Shown piece after piece: positions 1 through 14,682 of a stretch of DNA of 64,000 nucleotides. The DNA is from Moniliella sp. 'wahieum'. Lineage: Eukaryota. Made by a program: the position numbers and the translations under genes. The notes beneath the pieces were generated by a model that was not told the DNA's origin, made no database searches, and worked only from the letters and a program-made list of their open reading frames with translations. Position 1 is the first letter of the stretch. Every line of letters begins with the position of its first letter. Location of the stretch: contig RSEE01000155.1 in assembly GCA_003971905.1 (NCBI GenBank), positions 1-64,000 on the forward strand, given 5' to 3'.

Positions 1-1813
1 GAAGCGACTCGCAGGGCTGTGTACCTAATCCCTGTCCCGTATGTTCCCATTCATTTTCCACTATGAATTCGACTGCTCTCGCATCTTCTTTGTTTTCTGT
101 AGGACTTCATAATAGATAGCACTTGTAGCATTTGACGATATAGTCGATTGTAGGAGGGCGTCGCCTCCACGCTGTGCGGGACTTGAAGCTGCTACCACAC
201 TTATGGTCTCGCGGTATATCACAGTCTCCTCTCTCTTAACGACCATGCGGTTAGAAATTCATCCATCCTGGGCCGCTGCTCTCATATATCCACATTTTTG
301 CTCTACTCACATATGGAACCGGTCCAACTGGGTTGATCTTCTTCCCATATCCAAGGTGGTGTACACCTCTCTTCATCTCACTCCAGTATGGGCGTATCGT
401 CCGGCTTCCTTTGCTGTTTTCTAGCCCCCGGAAGATGGAGAGAGTATCTGATGGTGACGATGCCGGACACCACCTCGTACTTGAGAATATCCCTCAGCTC
501 AGTCCGTGCTAGGGAGTCACCTGTCGCAGCTCAGGACGAGCGAGGGTTCGGTACTATACACGGATGACATTGTACTCAGGAAATAATCGCGGTATGAGAG
601 GTCAGCACGCCCAGTTGCGTTCATCGCGACATCGAGATGCACTTGTCCGAACCCAAAACGTCCTCTACGTTTGGATGATGCGTCACCTGCACTGACTCCC
701 TTCTCTTTCCGGTGTCCGTACTTACGGTCGGACGTATCAATGGCGTCCCAAATTCGCCGGCTACATTTTGGCTCATCGACTCCCGAGGCTCTCATCGGGT
801 GTTCCAGGTTCCCGCGGTTGCGCCTACAAATCCCATCCAGGCCCACATCTAAGAGACCACTCTGACCGCTTAATTGGTCGAGCTTCCTCTCCCCATTCTC
901 TCTAGTATGCTGACGATAAGACTCCGACGGACGGACGGATTCTGCACTGTCTAGTCAGTAAAAGCCACAAAGCGCTAGGCCCTGATGTCGGCCGTCACCA
1001 GCGCGAGTGGCTAATGTCGGCTGTTCAATATATATGTCCCCCAAAATGCACAACAACACGCTGAGCCTGGGATCCGTTTCCACATGCACGGTACCCAATA
1101 AGCCGGTTTCCCACGCACGCGTATCGTATTGCCCTCGCTCGCCTTCACGAATACCAGGGAGGTGAAGAGGTGAGAAATCATTAATCGGAGGCCTCCAAGG
1201 GGGCTGAAATAAGGGCCTAAGACCTCATCAAAGGGAGCAATGCAATCTGTGCTGTCACATTTACGTGACCTTTGGTACGTTGAACGCGTTGACTCACTCG
1301 CCCTTCAATTTCCAATTCAGCATGCCGTGCATCTTGCTCTTGTTGCCTTTGCCTTTGTCCTTGTCCTCAGCTCGGTGTCTGTTACTGTTTCCTCCATCCC
1401 AGAAGACCACAATCTTACCATTCCCCATTTATGGACTGAACCTTGGGCGCGGAGCCCCGACTGCGATGGTCCCTCCGCCCACACCAACGTGCTGATCCTC
1501 GCCGTCCTCTGCCACAAAACCCGCTCACCAAGATATAGCAAGCACCACAATTCCTGAACGCACGCCAGCTTGTTGCTGCCCCCCCAGGTCTGGGAAGGGG
1601 CAAGATTTCCCCTTACCCCACACTGGCAGAGACGATTCTTCTCCCATTGCATCGCGGATATGGATAGTGAAGTGAGTGGGACCCCATCAAGGGATCTTTC
1701 CACGAAACAAAATACGATGGGACATGTGTCGGGGGCGAGCAAGGCATGGGAGCATGTCCAGGCAAACCGAGGGCTGCGAGCTGAGATGAGAGTTGCGACT
1801 CAGCACTCAGCAC

Positions 1814-2995
1814 TCAGCACTCGGCGCTGAGACAGATGCACGATGGGCTTAGGGGGGGGATAAGAAGGACGATGAGGAACGGATGAGGCTCCATGCGGAC
1901 AAGCGGCGTGGAGGCCCCAGTGCGTAGGAGGATCAGGTTCGTAGGTCCATTCCGCCCTGCCTGCGTAGCCGCCTGCCTGCCGACGCTGCCACCTCCCCCT
2001 CGGCCAGGGGCTTCTTGGGGGATAGGATGGGGCGGCCGACGCAAGCTGGGCAGTCGCGGGCCTGGGGCGTACCGCCTGCACGTCCGGCTGGCCCTGTCGG
2101 CGCAGGAGGCACGGCAGGGTAGCCCGTTGGCTCCACCCCTGAGGGGGCGGATAGCCAGAACGCGAGTATCCGCCTCCGACCATCGAGGGATGTTCGAGAG
2201 GCGGAGACCGAGGGTGAGCATGGGAGAAGGGTTCGAAGTAAGGCTCGGGGCGGTCGCTGCCACGTTCCCCTGCTCTGCGCCGTTGTGCCCCAGTAGGCCT
2301 CGCGGCGGTCGCTGAAGGAGTAGGCGCGGTGCGTTCGGGCCCGGTAGGGGGCAGTGGTGGGAGAGAAGACGGGAAGGATGGAAGCGAGGTGCGGTAGGAT
2401 GGGGACGAGGCCAACGGCGCAGCGCTTTCGTACCTCCCTCTCCCTCTCTCTCTCCCAACCATACTCGGCTGCATGGCGTGGTGGTGGGGAGTAATGGGGC
2501 GGGGCGAGCGGACGATGGCACGGGGGTCGCCCGGCGGGTACTCGGCCCAGTAGGGGCAGGAGGCGGGTAGGTGTACGTGTACGGCGAGCCGGAGCGGGGC
2601 GCGGGGGCAAAGGGAGAGGGCTGGGGAGGGGGGTAGTCGTCAGTCGACGGCGCGTGCAATACCGAGGCCGAGGTGGAGGCCGAGGTGGAGGGGTTGAGGT
2701 GGCAGTCGAGGGAAACGCCGAGTCCTGCTGCAACTGTCGACGCAACTTGCGCACTGCCCTGCCTTGGCGGCGGTGCAGGCGCGGCAACGTATGGTGCAGA
2801 TCTTCGTTGCTCATCAGCGGCGGCACTTCGTCTCGTCGTTGGGACTGCAAATGGCAAACCCATTCGCAGCAGAGCGTGCACCTCCGGTCCCGTACGGATC
2901 GGTCCCGGCCTTGCTCTCATCTGGGCCGGTCACACGAGCGCTTTCAAGCGCCGGCATGCCGAACAGGACGTCCCGGGTCGATTGCGGATGGGCAT
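1814..2995 (-). CDS. Zn(II)2Cys6 fungal transcription factor with Pro-rich C-terminus (frameshifted; 3' end approximate)
   Basis: Manual translation from ATG at 2995 gives MPIRNRPGTSCSACRRLK. Adjacent frames continue RSCDRP...RRCT..LRMGLP, i.e. a CxxCxxxKxxC...C pattern broken by small indels. Pro/Tyr-rich low-complexity ORFs follow (1814-2920, 1800-2474). Confidence 0.62.
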
Positions 2996-5900
2996 TGCGC
3001 TGCCCTTGCTGCTCTCGCGCCGCACGCGCCGCTCCTTGCGTCGCTGTGGGGGGGGCGATAGGGCGGGGTCGGACGGGATGGCAGTGGTGTGAGTGTGCCG
3101 GCAGGGAGATTAGTGCCAACGGCGAGGGCGGACGCAGGCGCATTGGGCTCAGACTCAGACTCAGGTTCGGCCGCACTCCGTTCGCGCTCGTGTTCGCGCT
3201 CGATGTCCTGGTCCGGGTCGGAGGCAACCGAAGGCGGGTCGGAGGCAACCGAAGCGGGTCGGAGCCCGAAGCAGGCTGGGATCTGGAGGGGGTGGCGGGG
3301 CATGGGCAGGCGCAGGCGGGGGGGCGAGGGGGGCGAGAGGGGTGGGGGGGGGAGGACGGGCACGGGGATGGGGATGGGGACCGGGCGGGGAAGCACAGAC
3401 GGCGGGGAGGAGACTGAGGGACATGCAGGCAGGCCAGCGCGTGCGGAGCGGCTGGTGGGCCAGGGCGCGGAGAGCGGAGAGGTGGGTTGAGGGCAGGGCT
3501 GCACTGGGCTGCAGACGGTTGCGTTGCGTTCGGAGGGATGTGGCGGGGAGCAGGGCCCATCGGAGCAAAGTGGAAGCGTGTTGCAGGCTATGCTGGAACT
3601 AATAATGGCTGGCGCGAATGCATGACGAGCACACTGTCCGTGGGCGGCGTACCTGGCGAGTGCACTACTACTATACTTGCTACATGGCAGACCGCGTCTC
3701 CTGGGTGAGCGCCAGCCTGCGACAGGCTGCGATGAGCGATCTGCCAGCCGCCACTGGCCAACGCGCCCCCTCGACCCCGGCTGCGCTGCCGCGAACCGCA
3801 CAAGCCCCTGCCGACGGACGGACGCCGGCATGGGGGCGCAGGCGCACAGGTGCCATCGCCACAGCCTGCCCGCGGACCGCAGTCGCCAGCACTTCCAAAA
3901 GCCCCGTCGACTGTCCCAGGCAGACCCTGGCAGAGCCCTCGGGGATACGCGGTTGCACTCGGCCGCGGCGCTTGCCAATTTGCCCAATTCGGCGGGGGAA
4001 GGGACGATGGTGTGCTGCCTATACTGCGGGAAGGATCGAAGAGTTGCTGGGTGCCACGAAGCATTAAGCGCTGTTAGCGCTGAGCCTCTCAGATTCTCAG
4101 ATCTCAGATTCTCAGATCTCTCAACTGGCACAGCGACATAGGTGACTCAGTGGTCGGGATGTGGGGAGTATCCCCCGTCACACGTCACGCGTCACATGTC
4201 AGTCTTAGGCCAAGAGAGGGCTCAGCGTCAGGCTTCGGGGGAACGGGCAAGGGCGGCAAATTCATTGTTCAACTGAACGTTCATACGTCTCTCCCTGCAT
4301 CATAATGCTTCTGAAGTTCTGCCGGCTCAGCCTAAATTCTTAACCCTGAGCGCTGAGCGCCTGAGCGCCTGAACCTGAAATGCCTACATCCTAAGACTCT
4401 TCGGGGCCCAAAGGCCAAAGGCGCCCCATGGGGGGTTTACGCCTGCGAGTTACTAGTTACTGACGGCATGGTTTCGGCTATAGCGTGTCTCGCCCAGGCA
4501 GTGTGCGTGCCGAGGGAGGCGTACGGGGCGTACGTGCCCGCCGAGCCGAGAAAGGGAGCAAAGGCAGCGACCGAGTATGTAGTGCTGCTTTGTTTCCGCA
4601 GCCGCCGCGCTTTCTCGGCTCGCCTAACTAGGACCTGTGCAGTTCCTCGCTGTCCTGGCGTTGGCGTCCCATGCACCGTGGCCGATGCGCATGTCCTCCC
4701 GTGTCCAGGCGCACCGCCGTGACGCGTGACTGATTAATCATTCAACATGTGCCCCGCATCGACACGTGAGCGCGTAAGCAGCGCCCGGCGCCACGCCAGT
4801 GTGAGCCGCCACCTGCCGGTGTGTCTGGGAGGCACTCCGCGGCACCCGTGTGCACCCTGTGCACCCTGTGCACCCTGCCGGGAGACCTCCCACCTCCGAT
4901 CCGGCCCAGCGGCTCCCTCGCCGCCCGCCCACATCCAACCGAACGCGGCAGCCACCGCCAGCAGCAGCCAGCAGCAGCCAGCAACAGCAGCCACGCCTCA
5001 CGTGGTACGCTGCCTGCCAGCCTGAGTGCATTGGCGTTGCAACCGGCCGCATCTTCCTCACGCCTCACGCGTCCATGTCTTTTCACGAGTTGCACAACCC
5101 TGCGGCGCCCCGGTTCAGCCGGGCAGCGTCGCCACCCATGGCATTTGTCAGCTGAGACTCGCTTCAGCGCTTCAGCCGAGCAGCACAATCGTGCACCACC
5201 TCGACCAGGGCTCTCCATAGACGATAGACACGGCCAGAATGCATGGTGTCCAACGCTAGTAAACGAAAAGTAAACATGGTAGACTCTACTCGGCTGCTGC
5301 AATAAGCACTAAGCCCCGCTCCCTCGAGACTCGGATCCACCACTCCTGGTTCTGCTCTGCTCGGATCGCTCGTCTTCGGAACTCCGGGGGTCTCACCCGG
5401 TGGAGGGCTTCAAGCATCATGCAATCATCGACCATCGGTCACCGGTCCGGTCATCGATCATCGATCATCCGCTTCATCTACAAGTTAAACACGGTGATAA
5501 CCGATAACCTTATCAATCCACACCTGGATCGAATCCTTTTCCCGAAGGGCCTAAGGCCTAACAGGCCTAACATGCTAGCAGGAAATAAATTTGGGGGTTG
5601 TTTTGTAACAGTTGAGGAGGCTAAGCGAGGGGCCCAACAACAAAAGGTCCTCGGGTCAGAGACAGTGGGGAGAACGGCCGTGGCGCGGGAGGGAGCAGGA
5701 TGTCAGAGGCATCTCAGATATCATGCGTCAAGCAGGGAACAAGGACCAGAGGAAGTAGGGAGGAGCGAAATAGACGGGATGTAGGATTGGAAATTGGAGC
5801 GAGCTTCATGTCATTGAATCGGTAGCAGTAGCCTCTATTACGTACCAATATATAGCCAATGAGGAGACGTTGAACGATGTCCATCCCAACGCATCTTGTG

Positions 5901-6961
5901 GTCGCAATCCAGCCAATTTTCTCTACCTTTTCCTTACCGCCATGGCATGTACACCTGACAGAACCATATTGTATGGGACGCACTACATCCTCCAGAATCC
6001 AATCGTTTGTTTGTATTGCAACCAAGTCCGAACGAGACTATCCCCTCAAGAGACATTCCAGTTCCTCCGCTCCAGTCGCCACGCACAGCCAACACATCCG
6101 GATATGAACAGCGTGAACTACGTTTCTGTCGCTTGAGCATTCCTGCAACTGATACGCCGTGACCAATTGGGCCGCGATCAGAGATGAGATGGTCCTTTCT
6201 GATTGAAAGAGCTATAAGGAAGTTGATCGCCAGCACAGAGGGTGAATAGTAAGGTATGAAGTGGAAGAGTTGGACCAAGGAGCAAAGGGGACGTGCACAC
6301 AGATGAACAAACGAAGGCGCAAGCGCGGAGACGCGAACAGAGCAGTGACCAGTGTTAGTATCTCAGAGGATCTTTCTAGGGAAACAATTATCTCCATCAC
6401 GTCACAACGCGACGGGCCCGAGATGATTCTTCCGCAGTGGAAGCACAAGTTGTTTCATACCTCATTTTCCCCTCTATCCTGATCTCGAACGGCCCTTTTT
6501 GCTTGGTGCGGCAATAGTCAGTACTCAGTAAGGATGCTGAGAAGACAACGCCCCAAAGCGAAAATTGTTTCGACATAACGAATAGCTGGCTATCCATAGA
6601 GGAGCGGACTAGGTACGAGAGGATAGGCTCACTTCTCACCGTCATTATACGACCTCATGCACAGCTGGGTATTCTTCTTGGTGTGGGCGCAGAACAGTAT
6701 GCCCCGAATGGATTCATCGCCTCGTACCTACCCGACAGAAATATGCGGTGGCCATTGTGAACGGGTTGTGGTCCGGGACCTGGTACCATGATGCATAACG
6801 TGAACCCAACAGTCCGTAAGGCAGAAGAGTTGAGGGCGGATGCAATTGATGGCATGATTGCCGGTGGCCGCATGCAACGGAGAATGGTGCTGCTATGCCT
6901 TCACTACCTTGGCGATGGCCTGTGGAAGTTTGGAGCTTTCTGGGTCACTGCATCCTCTCGT

Positions 6962-8480
6962 TTATTCGCCGGTTCCGCTTAATCTTGGTCTCTTTTGTCT
7001 CCTCTGCTCTTCGTTCTTCCCCTCGTAATCGTCACCCCCGATCTCGCTCATTTTGGCTTTGCTTCCAGGCCGTCGCAGTGTGTCCGCAGCATCCAGCGCA
7101 CCGGTCGCCACAACTTCTGACCTCTGCCTTAGCCCCAGTGCCTCGTCCTGTTCCCAAGTACGCACATAGTCCTGGACTTGCAGCTGGCTGTCCAAACCTG
7201 TCGCACCGAGCGACTGGATGTAGATCATGGCCAATCCGTCGTCCAGAACCACAGTGAACGGCACCTGCCCCGCTGCCACCGCCTCAGCTGCGCCAGGAAC
7301 AGGGTAGCACCCTCCTCGTGGCCACCGTCACCGGCACCAGGACCAGGACCAGCGCGGTCACTGTCAACAACACCAGCGTCGGCGTCGGCGCCGGCCCCTC
7401 CAGCTGCCGCACGGCCCAGCTCATGTACTTGCCCCAACAGCGCCTCCAGAGTCGTCAGTTGCGCCTGCAGCGTGCCCGGAAGAAGCTGTAGCCCCAGCTC
7501 GGGGATCTCCAACAATGCCGAGGCCGAGGTGATCACTTCTCTCTGCAAATCCTCCGCCCCGCGCACCTGCAGCGCCACCCGTCTTCCTTGCGGCGCCACG
7601 CTCCCATGCGGCCTGACCTCCGTAGCCTCGTACCCACATTGCCCACACCAAGCCCCCTCAGCTCTACCGCCTGGCACTGCGTGGGATGCAGCGTTGGACC
7701 ACTCTTTATCTCCCTCGCACCGCATTGTGGACAGCTGCTGCCCCATCCCGCAGTATCGGTGGGGTGTTGGAGTTGGGTGCCGGGCTCGTTAGGGGTGGGG
7801 CGATGCAGAGCCAAGTCCTGGGCCATGGTACGCGCATATTCCCGGGCCGTCCAACACGGATCCTCTTCCGTGTCGGGAGAGGCTGGAGAAAGCTGTTGCC
7901 ACTCGGGTCATCGAGCTGAATCGAGAGAGAGGGCAGGTTAGTTGTCACCTGGTCTGAGTCTGCGTTGGTGCTGGCGCCAAGGACAGTTCGGAGGGTGCGA
8001 CATAGGCTGTCGATCCGGGCCCATGCAGGCGGGGCAACAATTTGCCGAACCGGTTGGGCCAATTCCAGATCCTCCACAGTTTCGAGAAGGAGATGAGCCA
8101 GGGTGGTAACCGCGCCGCGTTGCCGCGGGATCTCCAGCTCCAACTCGGGCACACGCACACACGCCCAGGGGGACTTGACCACCTGTCGCGCCAGGTCGCT
8201 GCGGGTCCTGAGACGCACGCAGTACTCGACCCCACCCCGCTTGGGAGGCTGGGGTTCAGGATCGCTCGTTTTCCGCCACAAAGGGCACAGGCGAACGACG
8301 TAAAGACAAGTGTACCGAATGAGGGGATCGAGGCCCGCTCCACTTTCCGCACTCCTCTTCCGCCACAGCCCACACATTGATCTTCTTGTTCCTCCAGAAC
8401 CTCACTCTCGATCAGATCAACCAAGCGGGGTGGAGATCTTGGCCTGCCTCGCCGGGAGGATCGAAAGCGGTTTGGCTCAT
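6962..8480 (-). CDS. ZPR1: ZPR1 zinc-finger protein, two ZnF+A/B modules, divergent (frameshifted)
   Basis: Motifs across ORFs 7945-8424, 7706-8377, 7225-7746 and 6962-7279: CVGC...IPSFG..FTSFACALCG; RSDLARQVVKS..VRVPELELEIP; LDDPSGNSFLQ; CGQCGYEATEV; DLQREVI..LEIPELGL; PFTVVLDD; YVRTWEQDEALGL. ATG at 8480 (MSQTAF). Confidence 0.85.
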
Positions 8481-8622
8481 CTTAGTCGCAGCCCTTGAAA
8501 AGCCCCAAGACCGGACCTGCGATGGTTGCTGCCGGCCACGAAGTAATCGCAATTGGACTTGGCTTCATTTTGTGGGTTTTCGGTTTGGGTCCTGTGAAAC
8601 TTTGAAACTCCCTTAACGGCAG

Positions 8623-8882
8623 GTGCCAAAGTGTGACTTGAGAGCACACTCGGCGATCCTATCAGGGGATCAGCTGCAAGCTGCCTTCAGACAAGGCGTG
8701 AAGGCAAGGTGGTGAGCCACAAGTTTTCAAGCACCATCTGAAGGGAATGAGACGGGAGAGAGATGAGAATGGAGATATGGAGCGCGCAGGGGGTGCGCGG
8801 CCCGCGAACGCAACTCTTCCACCTGGCTATACACAAGCGAGCGTCACCGATCAACTGAGGGCAGTGCAGAAGAACCTAGCAC
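8623..8882. repeat. Dispersed ~255-bp repeat, copy 1 (MITE-like)
   Basis: Colinear with 31481-31730. Shared blocks include GGATCAGCTGCAA, TTCAGACAAGGCGTGAAGGCAA, AAGCGAGCGTCACCGATC and CCTAGCAC. Confidence 0.8.
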
Positions 8883-9901
8883 TTTACCTTTCCCGGGAGC
8901 GCCTGTCGCAATAACTTCCCCTCTCTTCTATTGTTTCCCCCATTCTCTCTCTACTGTGTTACTTCCTTTAATCATCTCTGTCTGTAAGCAATGCTGGCTC
9001 TCATGGTCACGATCCATTGGCGTTTTCACCTTGGATTCGCCAATCGATACAGTATATTAGGCAACCTCGTCTCCTCTTGGCCGCCTCTCCTCGCTATCAG
9101 TCCTCGTCTCTCAGTTCTCCATCAGCGTCCATCAGTCGCGTGGATGCTCTCCCCGCCCCGTCGAATCAAGTCCCAGTCCAGACCCAGTTGAATGGAAAGT
9201 GGTTACGCACGCTGAAGAATCTGTGACAGCTACCCACAGTCTGTGGACAAATTGTGGGTCGGCAAAGGACGAGGATGGGTAAACTCGAGTCGCACTTTTT
9301 GTCTCGGTACGCGGAAAGGGTCGGAAGCTGGTTTGGGGGAAAGGTTTTGGCGGATCAGTTGGAGTAATTGCGCATTTTCTTGATTCAGAGAGCAAGCGGA
9401 CTGCCAAACTCGAAGCTCCGACCGGAACATAGCTTTTGCTCAACTGGAAGACCTCTCTGCTATTGGCACAACCAGACCTCTGACCTTACTCGATTAGCTG
9501 TGAGAGTCAATGCCAAGCACACTACTGCACCGGAGTTAGCGGGGAACCAAAACTGAACAAAGTGTGGCGAACCACTTGGGGAACCTCGATGAATTCTTGA
9601 CCGGCCAGCACAGCAGCAACAAACTCTTCGAACTCAACGACATCGACTCCCGGTTGGGTCCATGCCTGACAGCCAAAAGCTCGACACAGTCGTCTCCTCA
9701 GTTCCGCGCAAGGAGGGCCCGAACATAGCAAACTTATTCTTGTCCTTCTGCTCCACACTGGGTCCGCCGGCTTGACGGGACGAAGAGATGGGTCGATGAT
9801 GTTTCGAGGCGGTTTATTATATTCGGGAAGGAAGGGAGTGGCCGGTAGGAGGGCGCGTGAAGTGTGAAGCCCTTCATGTGAAAGGGTGCGATAGTATGAG
9901 G

Positions 9902-10598
9902 GGTAGCTGAAAAGGAGCGTCTGCGTGCACGTACGTCTATACTAGGAGAATGGACGCGCTAAGACTCAGTGCCGGTGGAGAGCAGACAGAGGGATGCCCT
10001 CAGTGGGATAATATGCCTCACATCGTCGCCGCGTCACCCCTAGAGGGACCGATGGTATCAATGATGCCATTAAGCACAATGCCATGCCATGATCCATGAA
10101 TCATGTGAGGCGTGAGATCTGAGAAGCCTATGGTCCTCGGGGGAGTCTTGGCGCACTGCCAGGGTGCCCATCAAGTTTAAGCAGCCTACGTGGATGAATA
10201 TTGCATTAGGAGAAATCGAGGCGTGAGAGCAGTCTCGGATGAATGGCCCTTGGTAGCTGAAAAGGAGCGTCTGCGTGCACGTACGTCTATACTAGGAGAA
10301 TGGACGCGCTAAGACTCAGTGCCGGTGGAGAGCAGACAGAGGGATGCCCTCAGTGGGATAATATGCCTCACATCGTCGCCGCGTCACCCCTAGAGGGACC
10401 GATGGTATCAATGATGCCATTAAGCACAATGCCATGCCATGATCCATGAATCATGTGAGGCGTGAGATCTGAGAAGCCTATGGTCCTCGGGGTCTTGGCG
10501 CACTGCCAGGGTGCCCATCAAGTTTAAGCAGCCTACGTGGACGAATATTGCATTAGGAGAAATCGAGGCGTGAGAGCAGTCTCGGATGAATGGCCCTT
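9902..10598. repeat. Near-perfect tandem duplication, 350 bp + 347 bp
   Basis: GGTAGCTGAAAAGGAGCG...GAATGGCCCTT occurs at 9902-10251 and again at 10252-10598. The differences I found are a 3-bp indel near a G run and one T/C substitution. Confidence 0.95.
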
Positions 10599-11051
10599 CT
10601 TGTCCGGACCCTGGCCCACCGGGTTTTCATCTGAAGGAACACGGGTTGGCAAAGGCGTGAGGGGGGCGCTTTTGGGTTAGCTACTCCTAGTTGCTATTAG
10701 CCACTCTAGTGTTGCTTGTTTCTAGTTAACGTTTGACGTTTCCTCCGCCACCGGGCTACTCGTTGCGGGTGGAGAGGAGAGCGGCTGACACTGCCGACGT
10801 GCCGGCGTGCAAGAGAAGTGCGAGGCACCCGTGCACTGCCGCTGTGCCTTATCCAGCCGCCGATCGGGGGGGGGTGTGATCTGCGGCAGCGCAGTAAGTG
10901 GCAGGCCGTGCCTGGCCTGGCATTATGCATTATGGCCCGGCGAGTTCCCATCTCCGATACAAGGCAAGGAGGCCGCGCCCATCACGCAATTGCGACCCGA
11001 CGGCAAGCAACATCGGCCGTCTTTCCGCCACCCCCACCTTCGTTTGTGCCC

Positions 11052-12075
11052 ATGCCGTTCCAGGTCGGCAACTACACCGGCCTGTGCGAGGAGGTGGCCC
11101 TCCTGCCCTGCCCGCTTTCAACAGCGAGACAGGGATTGTGCCCACATGCTATGCACGTAGCGTGCAGCTCGGCAGCACCCTCGTCTTCCAGTGTGGTACG
11201 TCCCTGTTTGCTTTCTGGATGCGCCGGCGGCCCGAGGTTGACGCGATGTGCGTTCTGGGACAGCTACCTGTGTGATGCACATCTTTGCTGTCTTTATGGT
11301 GCTCATCATGCTCTACCACATTCGCTCCAAGTACACGGCCGTTGGCCGGCGCGAGATTAGCCTCTTCTTCTACCTCTACATCATTGAGGAAATCCTCGGC
11401 GTCTTCCTCGACTCGGCTGCGATTCCCACCTACTCGGGTGCGTACCGTGGATTGTATCCGTCCACGTCGGTCTCGTCCTTGCCCTGAGCTGGTGTCTTAT
11501 GGCCAATGGCTTGTCGGTTTCAGTTCTGGGAGGATGGTACACGGCAATCCCTTCTTTCTATGTACGGCTCACGCTCGTTCTTTGGGTCGTCGGTTTTGTC
11601 GTCGCCGCGGCCACTTTTAAGGATGGGGAAACAGTCTTAACCCGCAACATCATGTTGGGCTCTATGTGGTCCATATGATCATTCCACTGATCTTCATCCT
11701 CATCTGGCTCACCACCCAGGTATGGATCGTGTTCGTACCCTCGACACTCTCTGGCCCATTGGCGACCTTTTATTTGCCACCATCTTTTACGTCGCGGGGC
11801 TGGTGCTGATGATGGGGGTGTCGACCGACGTGTGCACCGGGACAAAACATTATGTCGATGGCCTCTTCTTTGGCACGCTCGCCATCCTTTTGCCATCATG
11901 ATGGTGTACAAGTTCTGGGATGATATCACAAAGGAGGACCTTGAGTTCAGTGTGGGCTCCAAGGCCGCTGCTTGGGAAGTTACAGACCCCTACTGGGGAT
12001 CGGAGACGGACTCGTTCACATCTAAGCCTTTTGGTGGACATGCACGAGTGACCAAGACGGGATATCAGGCGTTAG
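11052..12075 (+). CDS. CHS7: Chitin synthase export chaperone Chs7, copy A (1 intron ~11196-11262; frameshifted)
   Basis: [75 protein letters not shown], all characteristic of the Chs7 family. Confidence 0.92.
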
Positions 12076-12838
12076 CCTTTGCCCGCCCTGCATCCCACTC
12101 CTGTCTCGACTGTCTATCATGTCCCGCAGAGACCTCGTGCAGTCGAGCAAACATGTCATCATCACACCTAGAACATGGATGGGGAGGGGTGGGGGACAAG
12201 GTCACCTACAATCTCGGCTCCTTTTTTTCCTTATTCGCCCTGCCTCGACTCTTTTTCTCCCCACCCCCCATATTGCGTCCTCGCCGCTTGTTATCAAAAG
12301 TGATCGTCTGTGTTTCGGGGTATTTATTCGGTCTCCTCGTCTTCTATGTGGAGGTTAGCCCTGCTAGCTTTTTCTGTAACCTCTCCACCTTGCTCTTGCC
12401 ACACGATGGAGGAACCAGCCGTGTCCTTCTCCATCTTTTCTATGAGCCTCATCGTCGGATCATCACCACATTTCATCTTCACCTATAGGACCATCTCCTC
12501 GCCTCTGTCAGGCCTATGTACAGAAGGAAACTATTAAGTCCGTTTGTATACCCTGACCAGTGACTCAGTGGGACGTTTTAGTTACCTGCAATCGTCCTGA
12601 AGCTCCTCATGTCGGAAAGAGGATGCGTTATAATCTTCCAAGTCGCAGGACCGCAAAGAACAGTCAAGCTTCAAGCTACTAGTCGGCATAAATGTGGTGT
12701 GACCGGTGACCGGTGACCAAAAGACTTCACTCCCTCATGAAACATTTCAAAGACAATGGTGTATTTTTATTTTTTTCCTTGTTTCACAATTACGCCGCCG
12801 CGTTCAAATTTTTCTTGCTCTTCACCATCACTAGCACC

Positions 12839-14558
<1,720 letters not shown>

Positions 14559-14682
14559 GCCTGCAGCAGATGGACTGATACTGAGGTGGCATCATGTCAT
14601 TGGCTGTGTAGGAAATTGAATGATTGTCAAGGGAAATGTTATAGGGGTATGCAGCGAGGGGCGGGCGGCGTCATGCCATGCA

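Noticed and set aside
2944..5302. Long GC-rich ORFs (e.g. 395 aa at 2944-4131)
   Set aside because: No recognisable domains, low-complexity Arg/Ala/Pro translations overlapping on both strands; probably an upstream regulatory region.
5700..6950. Short ORFs in a lower-GC patch
   Set aside because: No recognisable protein family; cannot support a call.
9902..10598. LTR pair or CRISPR-like array
   Set aside because: The two copies are adjacent with no internal region, spacers, TG..CA ends or TSD.
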